From NCBI RefSeq assembly GCF_006345805.1, contig NC_043008.1, positions 78,864,001 to 78,928,000 of the forward strand: 64,000 nt of DNA, in the 5' to 3' direction. Each line of letters starts with the position of its first letter. The first letter of the stretch is position 1. Under the pieces are notes generated by a model. The model did no database searches, was not told the origin of the DNA, and saw only the letters and a program-made list of their open reading frames with translations. Source of the DNA: Octopus sinensis. Its lineage: Eukaryota. Below, piece by piece: positions 1 through 12,547 of the stretch. A program made the position numbers and the translations under genes.

Positions 1-2100
1 TGATTATGAAGGACCCAAACAAGGGGGATGTAACTGACAACTTTAGGCCAATCACTTTGCTTAATGCAAAGTTGAGGATTCTGGCCAAGGTTGACGAAAA
101 TCGTGGATGGTATCATTGGGGAGGTGCAAATCTACACCATCCCCGGCAGGACTATGTATGATAATCTCCACCTTATACACAATACCTTAGAAAGAGTAAA
201 TAGGATTCCTGGCAAGCATGGGGCGTTGGTCCATTTAGACCAATCCAAGGCCTTTGATTGGGTCGACCATCGGTATCCAATGGCAGTCCTCAAGGAGGCC
301 GGTTTTGGCCCGACATTCCATGGCTGGATCAACGCTTTATATAGCAACATCAAGTCGGTAGCTCAGGAGAACGGTTTCTTTTCGGAGCCATTCAATATCG
401 AATGCTTGGTTCGTCAAGGTTGTCCACTCTCACTTATGCTGTATGTATTGGCTCTCGAGCCACTACTATGAGGATTGGAGGCAATGAATGGATACCCGCA
501 AGATTTAGGGTATGAAAAATCAATCACAGCATATGCGGACGATGTCACTGTCATCGTATCCAGGGACCAGGATCTACAGAAGGTAGGTGAGGCCCTACAG
601 GATAACAAAATGGAGGCAGGAGCAAGAATCAACTGGAATAAGTTGGTCAGCTTGCAGCTCAGCACCTGGAGAGGCAAGTCAATGCCGTCCAATGGCATCG
701 TCGGATGCTGGACAGACGGTCCAGTGAAAATGCTTGGATGCTTGGAGTTTGATTTGGTCCAGACCTCCAGATAGAGAAGAATTGGAGCAAGGTTACAGGC
801 AGGGTGGTGTTCATAACTCAGACCTGGTCTGGGCGGAGGTTATCCTTGAAAGGGAGGGTGGAGGTGGCAAAGATTTTTATCACATCTGTCATTACATACT
901 ACCTGTCATACCGTGCCCCAATTTGTGGCTAAATAAGTTGGAACACATGCTCTTTCATTTCTTGTGGGAGGGCAGGTGGCCTCTTGTAAGGTGCTCTATC
1001 TGCTGACAACAGCCACTAAAGGGTGGGTTAGGGATGCTGTGGCTAAAGATACACAGGCATGCGCTGAGGTTGAGGCATCATTGGCTCTACTTGGACTGTG
1101 AGCTGGTGTGGTCTCCGTTCTTTGATGAGATATTTCCCAGGTTCACCTCTTTTGGTGAACTAGATGCTGGATCAGGTGTAGACCAAGGCTTGGAGCTTGG
1201 CAAGCAGAGTATTGACAGGCGCTTGTGCTTCTCTTTTGAATGAGCAATGCTGGCAGAGGAGGTACCACCTAGGCATACTTATAGAAGGCTGGTAGAGAGC
1301 AAGAGTGATGACAACTTGAAGGAGACTCTGGGTTTTGATGAAAGTCAGCTTGCCAACCTGCATCAAAGGACTTCTAGCCCGGGACCTATGAACAACTTAC
1401 AGAGGTCCCTGGTTTGGTTGTGCTTCTGAAGTGCCTTGCCAGTTCAGGATAAACTCACGAGACACAGCGTTATGGTTTTGCCTACCTGTCCACTTTGCGA
1501 GCAGGGCAACAAAACTGTTCTGCATGCAATGGTATAGTGTCTGAGTCTCTCGGACTTATGGGTTTCTACCGAATGGGTACTGTCACAGCTGGGGAGAGTA
1601 CAGCTGTCTTCTCTAAAAGGAGAAGAGAAATTCTACTTTCTAGTAATAATAGTTATAGCGAAAGAGGTGATGTGGAAGACACATAGAAGAGATATCGCAT
1701 TTGGCCATTCTTTGGCTAACCTCTTTTTGTATCACCTAAGAGGAAAAGCATGTCTGGAGATAAAATTCCTGACATCAGAAAAAGTACGAAAAAAGATGGA
1801 AGAAAATAGGCCGAATGTTGGGTATGTAAGTGCTTAATTAAGTGGGGAGAAAAAAACAGGATGAAGTAAATGGTTCAATGCAGGAACGTGGTTGGTGGGG
1901 TCAAACACATTCAAACTTATTCCATTCATTCTCTCATTTTCATCCCAAATTATAATGTATTTATTCACTATATGTAATCTCATCGATAAGTCCCCGACCC
2001 CTGTTTGTCCCGTGTATTGTCCTTATTACACTATCGCAGTGTATTCATTTATCCAGAAGGATATAACACAGTGCTAATTATAAATAACATGAATAATAAA
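1..2100 (+). mobile_element. L1/Tx1-clade non-LTR retrotransposon, degenerate RT and 3' region (5' part outside window)
   Basis: ORFs 91-471 (LDQSKAFD...VRQGCPLS) and 475-774 (YADDV) carry Tx1-type RT motifs; frameshifted downstream fragments; AATAAA-like end near 2095. Confidence 0.85.
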
Positions 2101-2329
2101 ACTTCTAATTTGCTGTTACTTGATGGCTTTGGGTGAGACTTGGAACAACTTGTTTAACACAAAGAAACAATAATGTAAATTATAGTAATAACCATAACAC
2201 TTTATTTATTTGCCACACAGGCGGCTATGAAATAACTTTTGGGACAATACAAATAATAAAGAACAGTGTGATTTGCATAAACACATGTAAACAATAAAAA
2301 AAAAAGAAGAAAATTCTAAGAGTAAAATT

Positions 2330-3200
2330 TCCTACTAGTAGGGAAATACCACCTAAAGGGCAACCAAGGAACTCCACAGATCGCAAACCACCCTACTCAC
2401 CATGATTATCATGGCAAATGCTCTTTCCTCCATACTCTTCAGCTTACAGGCACCAGTTTAGTGTAGGCCTATTCATTCAGGCCATCTTCACCACATCACT
2501 CACTGACCTTTTACAAATTTATCCTGAGGAAAGCATCTCCCTCTCAATCCTCCCCTTTCTTTGCTAAAAGAATTTTAAAAAGTCTATGAGGGTTTGGCTG
2601 AAGAGGTCTTATCCACCCACAACCTCTTTTGCAATTTCTACCAGACTGAGGAAAGATGGTGTAGCAACCTCCATGATGGAGTCAGCTGATATCCCACATG
2701 TGATAGCAGATATTTTGATGCAACTCTACAAGTCAGCAATGCTTGAGCACTGTTCAAGCATGTGCAGGATGGTTTTGTCATTCTGTGAGTATCTCAGGGG
2801 TGGCTTATGGCAGTACCTTTCTCATAGAATTTATCTTGAACTGGCAACATCCCTCCCTTTGAAGTGACCACATTGCCCAACTGACTGAGAACTGTGCGGG
2901 TCTGATAGCACTCAGTCTTAGTTTATGCTTGATCTTGATCTTGGTTTATGCTTGATCTTTGCAGCTGTGTCAAAGAGACAAGTTGCCAAAAATCACATCT
3001 AACAAAAAGCAACCACACCTGCTTGCTGTTAACAAAATGCTGGAGATGCCATGGCCTCAGCACATGCTGGTCAACATCAGCCATGGCATGCCTAGTCCTC
3101 TGTACAGTGGATATTGACAGGAAATGGACCACCTGGCCAGCAGAACCTGGACAGCAAATGGACCACCTCCACAGAAAATGGAAGAGCATTATGGTCAGTT
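2330..3200 (-). mobile_element. Second Tx1-like LINE fragment, opposite orientation
   Basis: ORF 2923-3189 (MLFHFLW...HVLRPWHL) resembles the + strand copy at ~940-1100 (MLFHFLWEGRW...HALRLRH). Confidence 0.65.
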
Positions 3201-3739
3201 GTGAAGCAGGACAAAGTACAATAGTCAGATGGTGGTAGATAATGGATGTGATGTAAGCATTTGCTACCTCTGCTTGACCCTTTAGAAATAGTTTTCCTCT
3301 TAACCTATTTCTGGGTGAGACTATGCACCCTGCTTGTCATCAGTTCCTGTTCTTATGAACCTAAAAGTCTGGACTAAAAATCCCCAGCAATTTAACTGGT
3401 TGTTCAGTCTAGCACTCTACCATGGATGATATGGGCTGGCCTCTTCTGGTTAATTTTTGCTCTTGTCACCACCTCGTATTGCCTTACAGTAGTCTCAATC
3501 ACCTATGCAACACAGGTCTTCTACATCCTAATTCTTGCAGGATGCATTTCAAAACTTCCAACTTTTGTAGTAGTACTTCTAGGGTTACTGTGTGTAGAAG
3601 GGATAAGAGGGAACATCCTTGACAGACTAATTGCTTTATACTGAATGATTCCTACTGTTAGCTATTTACTTTGATCACTGAGCAAATGCATTCCAGCTTC
3701 TGAAAATAGGTTCAAATTCAGTTTCCTTCATAACAGCTG

Positions 3740-3930
3740 CAAGTATTAATGATAAACCTTATCAAAAGCTTCAGACTGTTCTAAAATGATCAGAGCCTCC
3801 CCCATACCAAGTACTTTCGTCTTCTATGATCTGTCACATGAGGTGGAGGTTGCCATAGATAGATTTGTTCGATATGACATGTATGTGCCTCACCAACCAA
3901 ACTAGTGAAGACAAAATATCTTTCGAGATG
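3740..3930 (-). mobile_element. Short Tx1-like RT fragment
   Basis: Reverse complement reads approximately YGNLHLM...ALIILEQSEAFDK, matching YDNLHLI...ALVHLDQSKAFD of the first copy. Confidence 0.5.
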
Positions 3931-3999
3931 ATAGAATTGTGTACTACATCTGTTTTGTTGTTTGTGGTTTTACTTTAGTGTTTAGTCTACTTATTGTAT

Positions 4000-4620
4000 A
4001 GAATATATGCAATATGAGATTTGCTATTGATTTGTTGATTGAACTTCATACGTGTTGTATTCTTATCTAATTATGTATTATAGTGTCTGGGATTGATTAT
4101 GTGTTGTGTATGTTTATGTTGAAACTTGTTTACATCTGGGATGGCTAATGTATTTATAGTTATTTTCTTATTTCACTGAGTTGATAATAGTATCACTCTT
4201 TTGAAGTATTCTTGGTTAATTTTCTCTTTCATTTCTGTATGTTGAATTCTATCCATTTCATTTGCTCCTAAATATTTGTATGAATAGTTCTGATCTAATT
4301 CTCTAATCTTAATGTCTGGATGAAACTTCATGTTTTTAGTTCTAATTAATTTGCCTCACATTTATCAAATCCTTATTAATTTTGTACCCTGCCGCTATTG
4401 TCCTTTGTCAACAGTTTTAAGTCATTCATATAAATGAGAAAGTTTATGATTTGTCTATAGCATTTATAACATCTGCAGTTTCAATTAGCAAATGTTGCAA
4501 TTTCTTGCAGAACATGATTTTATAAACATCTTATACACAAGATTCTCTGGTGTTCATAACATTAAATAGATATGATAAACCTTTCTTTGAATATGCTGTC
4601 AATATATTTTAGGTAACTTT
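4000..4620 (-). mobile_element. Degenerate R4/Dong-like (RLE-type) LINE fragment
   Basis: Reverse complement reads GFDKC...ELDQNYSYKYLG...ITINTLAIP, homologous to the LINE copies at 23-26 kb and 44-46 kb. Confidence 0.55.
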
Positions 4621-5175
4621 TCCCTCTGCTTGAATTGAACTCAACACTGTAAACCATGGAAACACACTATCCATTTATACTTACATAATTTGATAAGAAA
4701 AGTGAAATAAAAAACAGTTCAAATCCCAGACTAAAAACCATTATTAGTTGTACACTAGCCTATATATTTGGCTTTATTGCTGTTCTTTTCACAGAACATT
4801 ACTCTTCAGAGAATAAACATGCAAAATAATTATCAAAATGGTGTAGCATGGTGGCATGCATGCATGAATGTATCTTGTATGTGTGTAACTGTGTGTGTAT
4901 ATGCATACATGTATGCTTGTATGTATGCATGTATATATGCATGCTCTCTTCTGCTTGTAATTATTTTAATTCTTCCCTTGAGAAATGAGCTAAGTTCTAA
5001 CAAAGATACAAAACTCCATCATTGAAATATAGATGACAAAAACAAATTCACATTTTAAATTTAAGAAAAGTCATGCATATTTTTACTGCTCCACTTACAA
5101 ATCATATTTGTAATATGCATGTTAGCTGGTTTATTTCTTTTTCTAAAAACCTTAGCTTTTCCAGATTGTAACTTA

Positions 5176-6230
5176 CAAGATAGTATCAAAATGTTCCCGG
5201 ACTAGTTATGATTAATAAAAAGTAATTTATTTACCTAAGTTTTAACATCATCTCCTTCAAAATAGTCACCTTGTGCAGCAATACACCACTCCAACATTCC
5301 TGTTATTTTTGGAATCTGGCCAAGAAATTGTTCTCCATAGTTGAGGACCTTCTGCAATTCACTCTTGATCACAACAACGGTGTTAAAACGGCAACTTTTG
5401 AACTGCATTTTCATCTTGGAGAAGAGATGGAATAGAGCAGATGTGGAAGTGATACCATGTTGATTTTGGTGAGAAACTCACCAGTGAAGAGAGTTCTATG
5501 ACAGGGTGCATTGTCGTCATGAAGAATTCAATTCTTCGCACTCGACAGATCCAGTCGCTGTTACTGAATGTCTTTCCTCAAACACTTCAAAACATCACAA
5601 TAGGACACTTGATTGATGGTCTGGCCCTGAAGGATGAATTCTCAATGCACAATACCATGAATATCAAAAACAAAAACACGATGAGATTGCTCTTGATTGG
5701 GCTGCAGCTCTGTTGTACCTTCTTCAGTCATGGAGATGAAACCATCTTCCATTGAGACAACAACTGCTTCGTCTCAGTGTTGTACCCAACCACCCAAATC
5801 TCGTCACTGGTGATGATCTTTGACATGAAGGATGGGTCATCAGTGGCATACTGACTGAGCTCTTGACAGACTTTGACACAATGTTCTTTCTGCTCAGTGA
5901 TCAGCAAGCTGGGGACAAACTTGGCACAGACATACCATACGTTCAATTCAAATGTTAGAATTTCCTGTACGGACCCACACAACAGACCAACATCAGCAGC
6001 GTTGTTGATTGTTCTCTGATGATCCTCATGCACAAACTAATGAATTTTCTCTTCCAGGTGTGACACTCATGAAAGGTCTTCCAGATTGCTTTTCATCTTC
6101 CAAAGATGTTCTTCAACTTTTAAAGTGCCTGTGCCACTAAAAACATTGTGTATGACCTATTGCCTCATCGCCATAAGTTTGCTGAAGCATGCTCAATGTC
6201 CAAAGGCTTTACTGTCTCCTTTATTTGTGA
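5176..6230 (-). mobile_element. Mariner transposon remnant (one TIR retained)
   Basis: ORF 5728-6033 AKFVPSLL...KIITSDEIWVVGYNTETKQLLSQWK is mariner-like; TA plus TIR-like CAAGATAGTATCAAAATGTTCCCGGACT at 5176; other end not found. Confidence 0.8.
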
Positions 6231-6429
6231 GATATTGTACTAATCTCTTATTCTTGGATTACAACTACATAACCTTTGATGCTTGAAAATGCAAATCGAA
6301 AAAAGGTTGCACTTCATGTCAATATTATTATCATTTTCAAGTCTTCAAGAAACACTCATGTATGATCATTTTTTGTTATGCTGAACATTTCACATTCAGG
6401 TTTTCTTAGAGGTACATTAGTTCAGCAGA

Positions 6430-7180
6430 TTCGGGGTTGTATGGGGGAAGTCGTCAGGAAGGGAGTATCTCCTGAGGAGCTCACTGCTGACACATGGGAT
6501 GTTGTTCTCTTCATTTTGAAGTTCTAGTTTTATATATTTTCACTACTGTTGTCCAGCAGGTACTATTTAAGAGAAACTACATGGTATTTAAAGGCTATCT
6601 GCATTGATATCAAGCCTCTACCTCTTTCATTTCTTCTTAGCAAGAGCTTGTCAATATCACTGTTCATGTGGAAGCTTCCAGTTGATGTCAAGATCTTGCA
6701 AGTTTTAATGTGTATGGAATGGATTTCCTGTTCAGACCAGTCAAGTATCCCACTGTTAATGCATTGTGGGATATTTCTTGAGAGAAGAGTTCCAACTGCC
6801 ATATTTTTCTAAGTCTGATGGAATATTCATGAGTCACAATCTTTATTCACAACACCTTCATATATATGCTTTCATCTATGCCTAGATATTTGTAGTGTTC
6901 TTTGTTTGCAGGAGGAGAGATAGAAAGACCACTAAGACATAAGTTTTAGGCTTGGAGGATTGATTTTTCAGGTCGGTCCAACAATCAGATATGAACATTT
7001 CTTTTGGTGAAATTCAGGTGAAAATGTAATTAACTCCACCTGCTTAGGGACATTGTAAACATTTTTAGAATACATCTTCAGGTCATCTACAAAGAAATTA
7101 TGTGTTACATTGGAATCTCTAGCAGCTGCAACTTTAGCATTGAATTTTTGCAACAGAAATGATAATGGATTTAATGTCAA
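6430..7180 (-). mobile_element. RLE-type LINE RT/thumb fragment
   Basis: ORF 6968-7180 has HNFFVDDLKMY; ORF 6563-6802 has FHMNSDIDKLLLRRNERGRGL. Confidence 0.75.
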
Positions 7181-7329
7181 AGTAAATAAAATGCATGTAT
7201 ATATGTATATTTTCTTTTTCTCTTTTTAAATTCGAGATTTTGACTGGCCATCTAAGTTATGAAGGAAAGCAGCTTATTTTGTTCACCATTCTTTAAATCT
7301 TAAGAAAATCTGGCAGATTTTCATTGTCC

Positions 7330-7865
7330 CAAATATCGTGATCATTCGTGAATTAAGGAGTACTCTCTCCCAAAGAACCAAAATTCAGCCATACATTACT
7401 CCAAGCACATCTTGTTGCTCCAACAGTAATAGCTAACAAACTAAAACTGTATTTTGGGTACTGGATTTGTAAATTTCTTATCAATGGTTTATAGACATTT
7501 ACTTTCTCTTATCTTTTTCTGACTACATTGGTGTCCATAGACCAGCTAATTTCCACAACAGAGCATATTTTCCCTCATGGTCTCACACTACAATGTCTGG
7601 CTGGTTGTGTTTTAGCTTGGTGGCTGTTTTAATTTTTAAGTTCCACTAATATTTTTTTTACCCCACATTTTCAATATAGTCAACTTCGTCTGTAGGTGTT
7701 TTCATTTTTCTTATCCTGTTCCAGATTGCTCAGGCCATTACATCATGCCTCAGACGAAGTTAATATGAAGACATTCTCTTGCAGTTGACAATAATGTTGT
7801 TGATGTCTTTAGTTTTGGTTTTGCACAGCCTACATTTGTTGTTTGTCAATGTTTTTCTACCTTTT
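7330..7865 (-). mobile_element. RLE-type LINE C-terminal fragment (zinc knuckle, restriction-like endonuclease)
   Basis: CRLCKTKTKDINNIIVNC (degenerate CCHC) in ORF 7760-8002, followed in the reverse complement by a PDIVV-like segment. Confidence 0.7.
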
Positions 7866-9137
7866 ATACTGTAGGGATGGAGGCTTGGGTCAATGTTGGT
7901 GGTGCCATAGCGGGACCCATTCCTGTAGAGAATGGTGTCAAGCAGGGTGACATCCTTGCCCCAACTCTCTTTTCTTTGTACTTTGCTGCTGCTTTTATTC
8001 ATGCTTTTGCTAAGGTTAGCTCTCTGGGAATATATGTCAGATATCGATCTTCTGACCGCCTCTTTAATCTTTGCCGATTTGCTGCCAATTCAAAGGTTTC
8101 CCAGTCGTGACCTCCTTTATGCAGATGACTGTGACTTAGTCACTCATACAGTGGATGACATGCAAATACTCATGAATTGCATTTCTGCTTCTTGCAGGGC
8201 ATTTGGACTCAGCATTAGCCTGGACAAGACTGTTGTAATGTTCCAGCCTGCACCAGGAAATCCATATATAGAACCAGCTATCTTGGTTGAAGGAACAATT
8301 CTGAAGGTAGAAGACAAGTTTGTCTACCTGGGCAGCACACTCAGCCGTTCTTGCTCCCTGGATGAGAAAATATCTTTCAGGTTACAGAGAGCAACTAATT
8401 CCTTCCTGTCCCTTCAGTCTCATGTCTGGTCCCAACATGGCATCGCAAGGAGAACAAAAGTTGCTGTGTACCATGCTTGTGTACTGACATCGCTTCTCTA
8501 CTCATGTGAGACATGGACTCTGTACAAACGTCAGGTAAGGGTCCTTGAACGTTTTCATCAGAGATGTCTCAGACACATTCTCAATGTTGGCTGGACCTCA
8601 AAAATTCCAGACACACAGATCCTGAGGACAGCTGATATCTTGAGTATTGAGGCGATGGTACACAAGCACTGGTTACGTTGGACTGGACACCTTATTAGAA
8701 TGGAGGATAGAAGGATTCCTAAGCAGATGCTCTATGGAGAACTTGTGAATGGAAGGAGACTCCGGCAGAAACCAAGGCTACGATTTAAGGAGTGTGTCAA
8801 GTCCTCGTTAAAGGCTTTTGATATACAGGACACTGACTGGGAGAACAATGCCTGTCATTGCCACAGATGGAGAAAGCAGGTTAAGGAGGGGATCGACACT
8901 TTTGAGAGAGCACGTATCCAGCATGAAGAACTTAAGCGAGCTGTGCGAAAGCGCACGGCTCGTATAGTGAATGGGGAAAGCTTGGTCTGCAATGTTTGCA
9001 GTCGTGTATGCTTGTCAAGAGCAGGGCTAATTAGCCACCAACGGAGCCGCAAATGCAAAATATAAGTTAGTCTTAGAGCGCCCAATGTTCCTGAAGGTTG
9101 GCAATGGTCTTCCTCGGTCACAAGTGGACGGCCATCA
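7866..9137 (+). mobile_element. RTE-clade LINE, 5'-truncated
   Basis: GVKQGDILAPTLF, LLYADD, YLGS, LLYSCETW, RWTGH and a C-terminal C2H2 motif CNVCSRVCLSRAGLISHQR; short 3' UTR running into (TGTA)n. Confidence 0.9.
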
Positions 9138-9300
9138 TGTATGTATGTATGTATGTATGTATGTATGTATGTATGTATGTATGTATGAATGTATGTATGC
9201 ATGTATGTATGTGTGTATGTAAGTATGTATGTATGTATGTATGCATGTATATATGTATGCATGTATATATGTATGTGTGTATGTATGTATTATGTGTTCA
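9137..9300. repeat. (TGTA)n microsatellite
   Basis: Direct reading; abuts the RTE 3' end. Confidence 0.95.
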
Positions 9301-9308
9301 TGCATGTA

Positions 9309-9630
9309 GTGAGGGCACATTGCGAAATGGTTAGGGTATTCACTTCACAATTGTGAGGTTGTGGATTTGATTCCCAGCAGCGCGTTGTGTCCTTGAGCAA
9401 GACACTTTATTTCACATTGCTCCAGTCCACACAACTGGCAAAAATGAGTTGTATCTGTAATTCAAAGGGCCAGCCTGTTCACATTCTGTGTCATGCTGAA
9501 TTTTCCTGAGAACTATATTAAGGGCACACGTGTCTCTGGAGTGCTCAGCTACTTGCCCATTAATTTCACAAGCAGGTTGTTCCATTGATTGGATCAAATG
9601 GAACCTTCATCTTCACAACCAACAGAATGC
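9309..9630 (+). mobile_element. tRNA-derived SINE
   Basis: Degenerate A-box/B-box head (GCGAAATGGTTAGGG...GGATTTGATTCCCAGC) followed by a CORE-like TGTGTCCTTGAGCAAGACACTT segment. Confidence 0.7.
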
Positions 9631-9902
9631 CAGTTTGTTTGCTTGCTTGTTTCTTTCTTTCTTTATTTCTTTGCTTGCATGTATGTATGTTTGTTTGTAT
9701 GTATGTATGCATGTGTGAGTGTGAGTGTGTGTGTGTGTGTATGCACATGCACAGAGATGCATACATGTGTACATGTATGTATGTTTTCTGTTTTTAATTA
9801 TTTGAATTATTTGTCTGTAGAACTGTGGAAGGAGCTGATTTCTAAACAAAGATACAAAGCTCAATTGTTGGATTGTAGATATATGGAACCTACAGAACTT
9901 AC

Positions 9903-9986
9903 CTGAAAACACACAAGACTTGTACAAGGTTTTCACATTTTTTTCTGCTTTTGAATCATACTGTAGAGCGTCTTGCATCAGCAAAT
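9903..9986 (-). CDS. Exon of M13 (neprilysin-like) peptidase: (D)LLMQDALQYDSKAEKNVKTLYKSCVFS
   Basis: TTTGTAG acceptor, CAG|GTAAGT donor; 84 nt, phase 1 to 1, continuing the phase of exon 31244-31086; matches the M13 motif S-x-AE-x-K-x-K-x-LY-x-SC. Confidence 0.85.
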
Positions 9987-10074
9987 CTACAAATATAAGG
10001 AAAATTCATATAAAGGGTGATGCTGAAGGGCAGAACATAATTAAAATAAGTAGGAACATATGTATAAATATTGT

Positions 10075-10109
<35 letters not shown>

Positions 10110-11410
10110 GTTACAGCTACAATATCCTTAACTGGACACTAAATGAACTGACCAAAATAGATAGGAAAACAAGAAAAATAATGACAGGATCTAGGATGCA
10201 TCACCCAAAATCTGACATAGAAAGACTATATATACAACGTATAGAAGGTGGTAGAGGCCTTATACAGCTGGAAAACTACTATAAAATAACCACCATAGGA
10301 CTGCAAAAATATCTACTTCAGAAGGAAGGAAAACTGATACAAATAGCAGCAAAACACGAGCAAAACAAAAAACTGTTCTCAGTATTTAAAGAAGCTAACA
10401 AATACAAACAAGAAATCATACCACCTAATAAATATGAAGAAGAAGAAGAAGAAGAAGAAGAAGAAGATGAAGAAACAACAAAAGCTATAAAACAAATGAA
10501 ATCCAAACTAAAAATAGAACAGCAACGAACCATGATAAAACGATGGCAAGAAAAGCCCCTACATGGCAAATACTGGACTAAACTAAATGCAAAAGAATTA
10601 GACAAAGAAAAATCCCAGCAATGGTTGAGAAGTTCAGGACTCAAAGCAGAGACAGAGGGATTTTTAATTGCAGCACAAGACCAAAGCCTCCCCACCAGAA
10701 ATTACCAAAAACATGTAATGAAAAGAAATAAAACAAGTAACTGCAGAATATGTGGAGATGGACAAGAAACAATAAATCATATTATCTCTAGCTGCCCAGT
10801 CCTGGCTAAGAAGGAATATATTCACAGACATGACAGAGTTGGAACCTACATACATTAGAAGATATGCCAACATTATGGAATAACAACAGAAAAAAGATGG
10901 TATAGGCACACACCAGAAAAGGTCACAGAAAACGAGAAAGCAACCATACTCTGGGATATGCCGATACACACAGATAGAGAAATTAAGGCCAACAGACCAG
11001 ATATAGTTATCAGAGATCATGAAGGAAAAAAATGCCTTCTAATTGATGTATCAATACCGGCAGATGACAACGTGTCTCTAAAAGAAATGGAGAAACTCTC
11101 AAAATACAAAGACCTGGAAATAGAGGTAACCAGAATATGGAATCTAAAAACAGAAACAATTCCTATCATAGTAGGTGCATTAGGCATGATAAAAAAATAT
11201 TCAGACAAATACATAACAAAAACACCAGGACTTACAAACACATATAACATACAGACAATAGCACTACTAGGCACTGCACACATCCTATGCAGAACACTTT
11301 CCATACAATAACCATCAGACCATCACAACAAATCACAGCACATACCTAAGGCACACAGAGCTGCGCTCGGTAGTGAAGTGAAAGCACGCTATAAAAATAA
11401 AACTACTGAA
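10110..11410 (+). mobile_element. R4/Dong-like LINE (family A), 5'-truncated, flanked by (TAA)n
   Basis: MHHPKSDIERLY, LKAETEGFLIAAQDQ, CRICGDGQETINHIISSC, RPDIVI...LIDVSIP...KLSKYKDL (RLE); TAA runs at 10078-10109 and 11410-11430; in-frame (GAA)n poly-Glu at ~10435-10470. Confidence 0.9.
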
Positions 11411-11801
11411 TAATAATAATAATAATAATTAAATTTTAAAACTTATCGTAAGTCTGGTTAGCAGATAATAATTAAAATTGTAAGAAATGTGAGGGAACTA
11501 TTGTTATACTCTGTAGGTTTCTGAGCACAGCATCCATTTTTGAAAACCCATTCAATCTAAACGTACATGACTTGCTTCCCTAGCTACTCATACTTCTCCT
11601 GTTCTATGAGTAGAGGTTCCCCACTCTTTGTACCCATATAGTTGTGTGCTTGTGCCTATTAGAGTACAATGTACATTTGTGTACTTATGTAGACTGCATA
11701 TATATGTATATGTGTATGTAAATGTATGTACTTGTGGGTATGTATGTATATAAGCTTATGTGGGGTTTGCACGAACTGAGTGTGAGCTTATGTGGACTGC
11801 A

Positions 11802-11834
<33 letters not shown>

Positions 11835-11839
<5 letters not shown>

Positions 11840-12255
11840 GCCATAGCCAGTACCACATCGACTGGCCTCCATGCTGTGGGCACGTAACAAACACCATCCG
11901 ATCGTGGCCGTTCGCCAGCCTCATCTGGCACCTGTGTTGGTGGCACATAAAAACACCATCCGAGCATGGCCGTCTGCCAGCCTCGTCTGGCACCTATGTC
12001 GGTGGCACATAAAAAACACCATCCGAGTGTGGCCGTTCACCAGCCTCGTCTGGCACCTGTGTCGGTGGCACATAAAATCACCCACTACACTCTCGGAGTG
12101 GTTGACATTAGGAAGGGCATCCAGCTGTAGAAACACTGCCAGATCTGACTGGCCTGGTGCAGCCTTCGGGCTCCCCAGACCCCAGTTGAACCATCCAACC
12201 CATGCTAGCATGGAAAGCGGACATTAAATGATGATGATGATGATGATGATGATGA
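11835..12255 (+). mobile_element. 3' UTR fragment of RTE-type LINE family with internal tandem repeats and (ATG)n tail
   Basis: Ends in TTAGGAAGGGCATCCAGC...CCATCCAACCCATGCTAGCATGGAAAGCGGACATTAAATGATGATG, the same tail as the RTE copies ending at ~17980 and ~20420. Confidence 0.7.
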
Positions 12256-12471
12256 TATATATATATGTGTATGCATATATATGTGTGTATGCATGTGAGT
12301 ATATTCGTCTATGTAGATATATATGGATGTATGTTGATATCTAAATGTATAAATGTGTATGTATATGTATATATAAACATATAAGATTCATATTGTACTG
12401 TGTAGTGTTTGTAAATATATAAACATATAAGATTCATGCTGTTTATATATAAATATATATATATATATATA

Positions 12472-12543
<72 letters not shown>

Positions 12544-12547
<4 letters not shown>

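Noticed and set aside
4686-4800. Possible further M13 exon (GTAAGT donor, hydrophobic LFFISLF peptide)
   Set aside because: No phase-1 acceptor giving an open frame, and the order does not fit the next expected M13 segment.
9920-10858. 312-aa ORF that looks like one protein with a poly-Ile segment
   Set aside because: A chance read-through of the antisense of a host exon, a (TAA)n run and the LINE frame.
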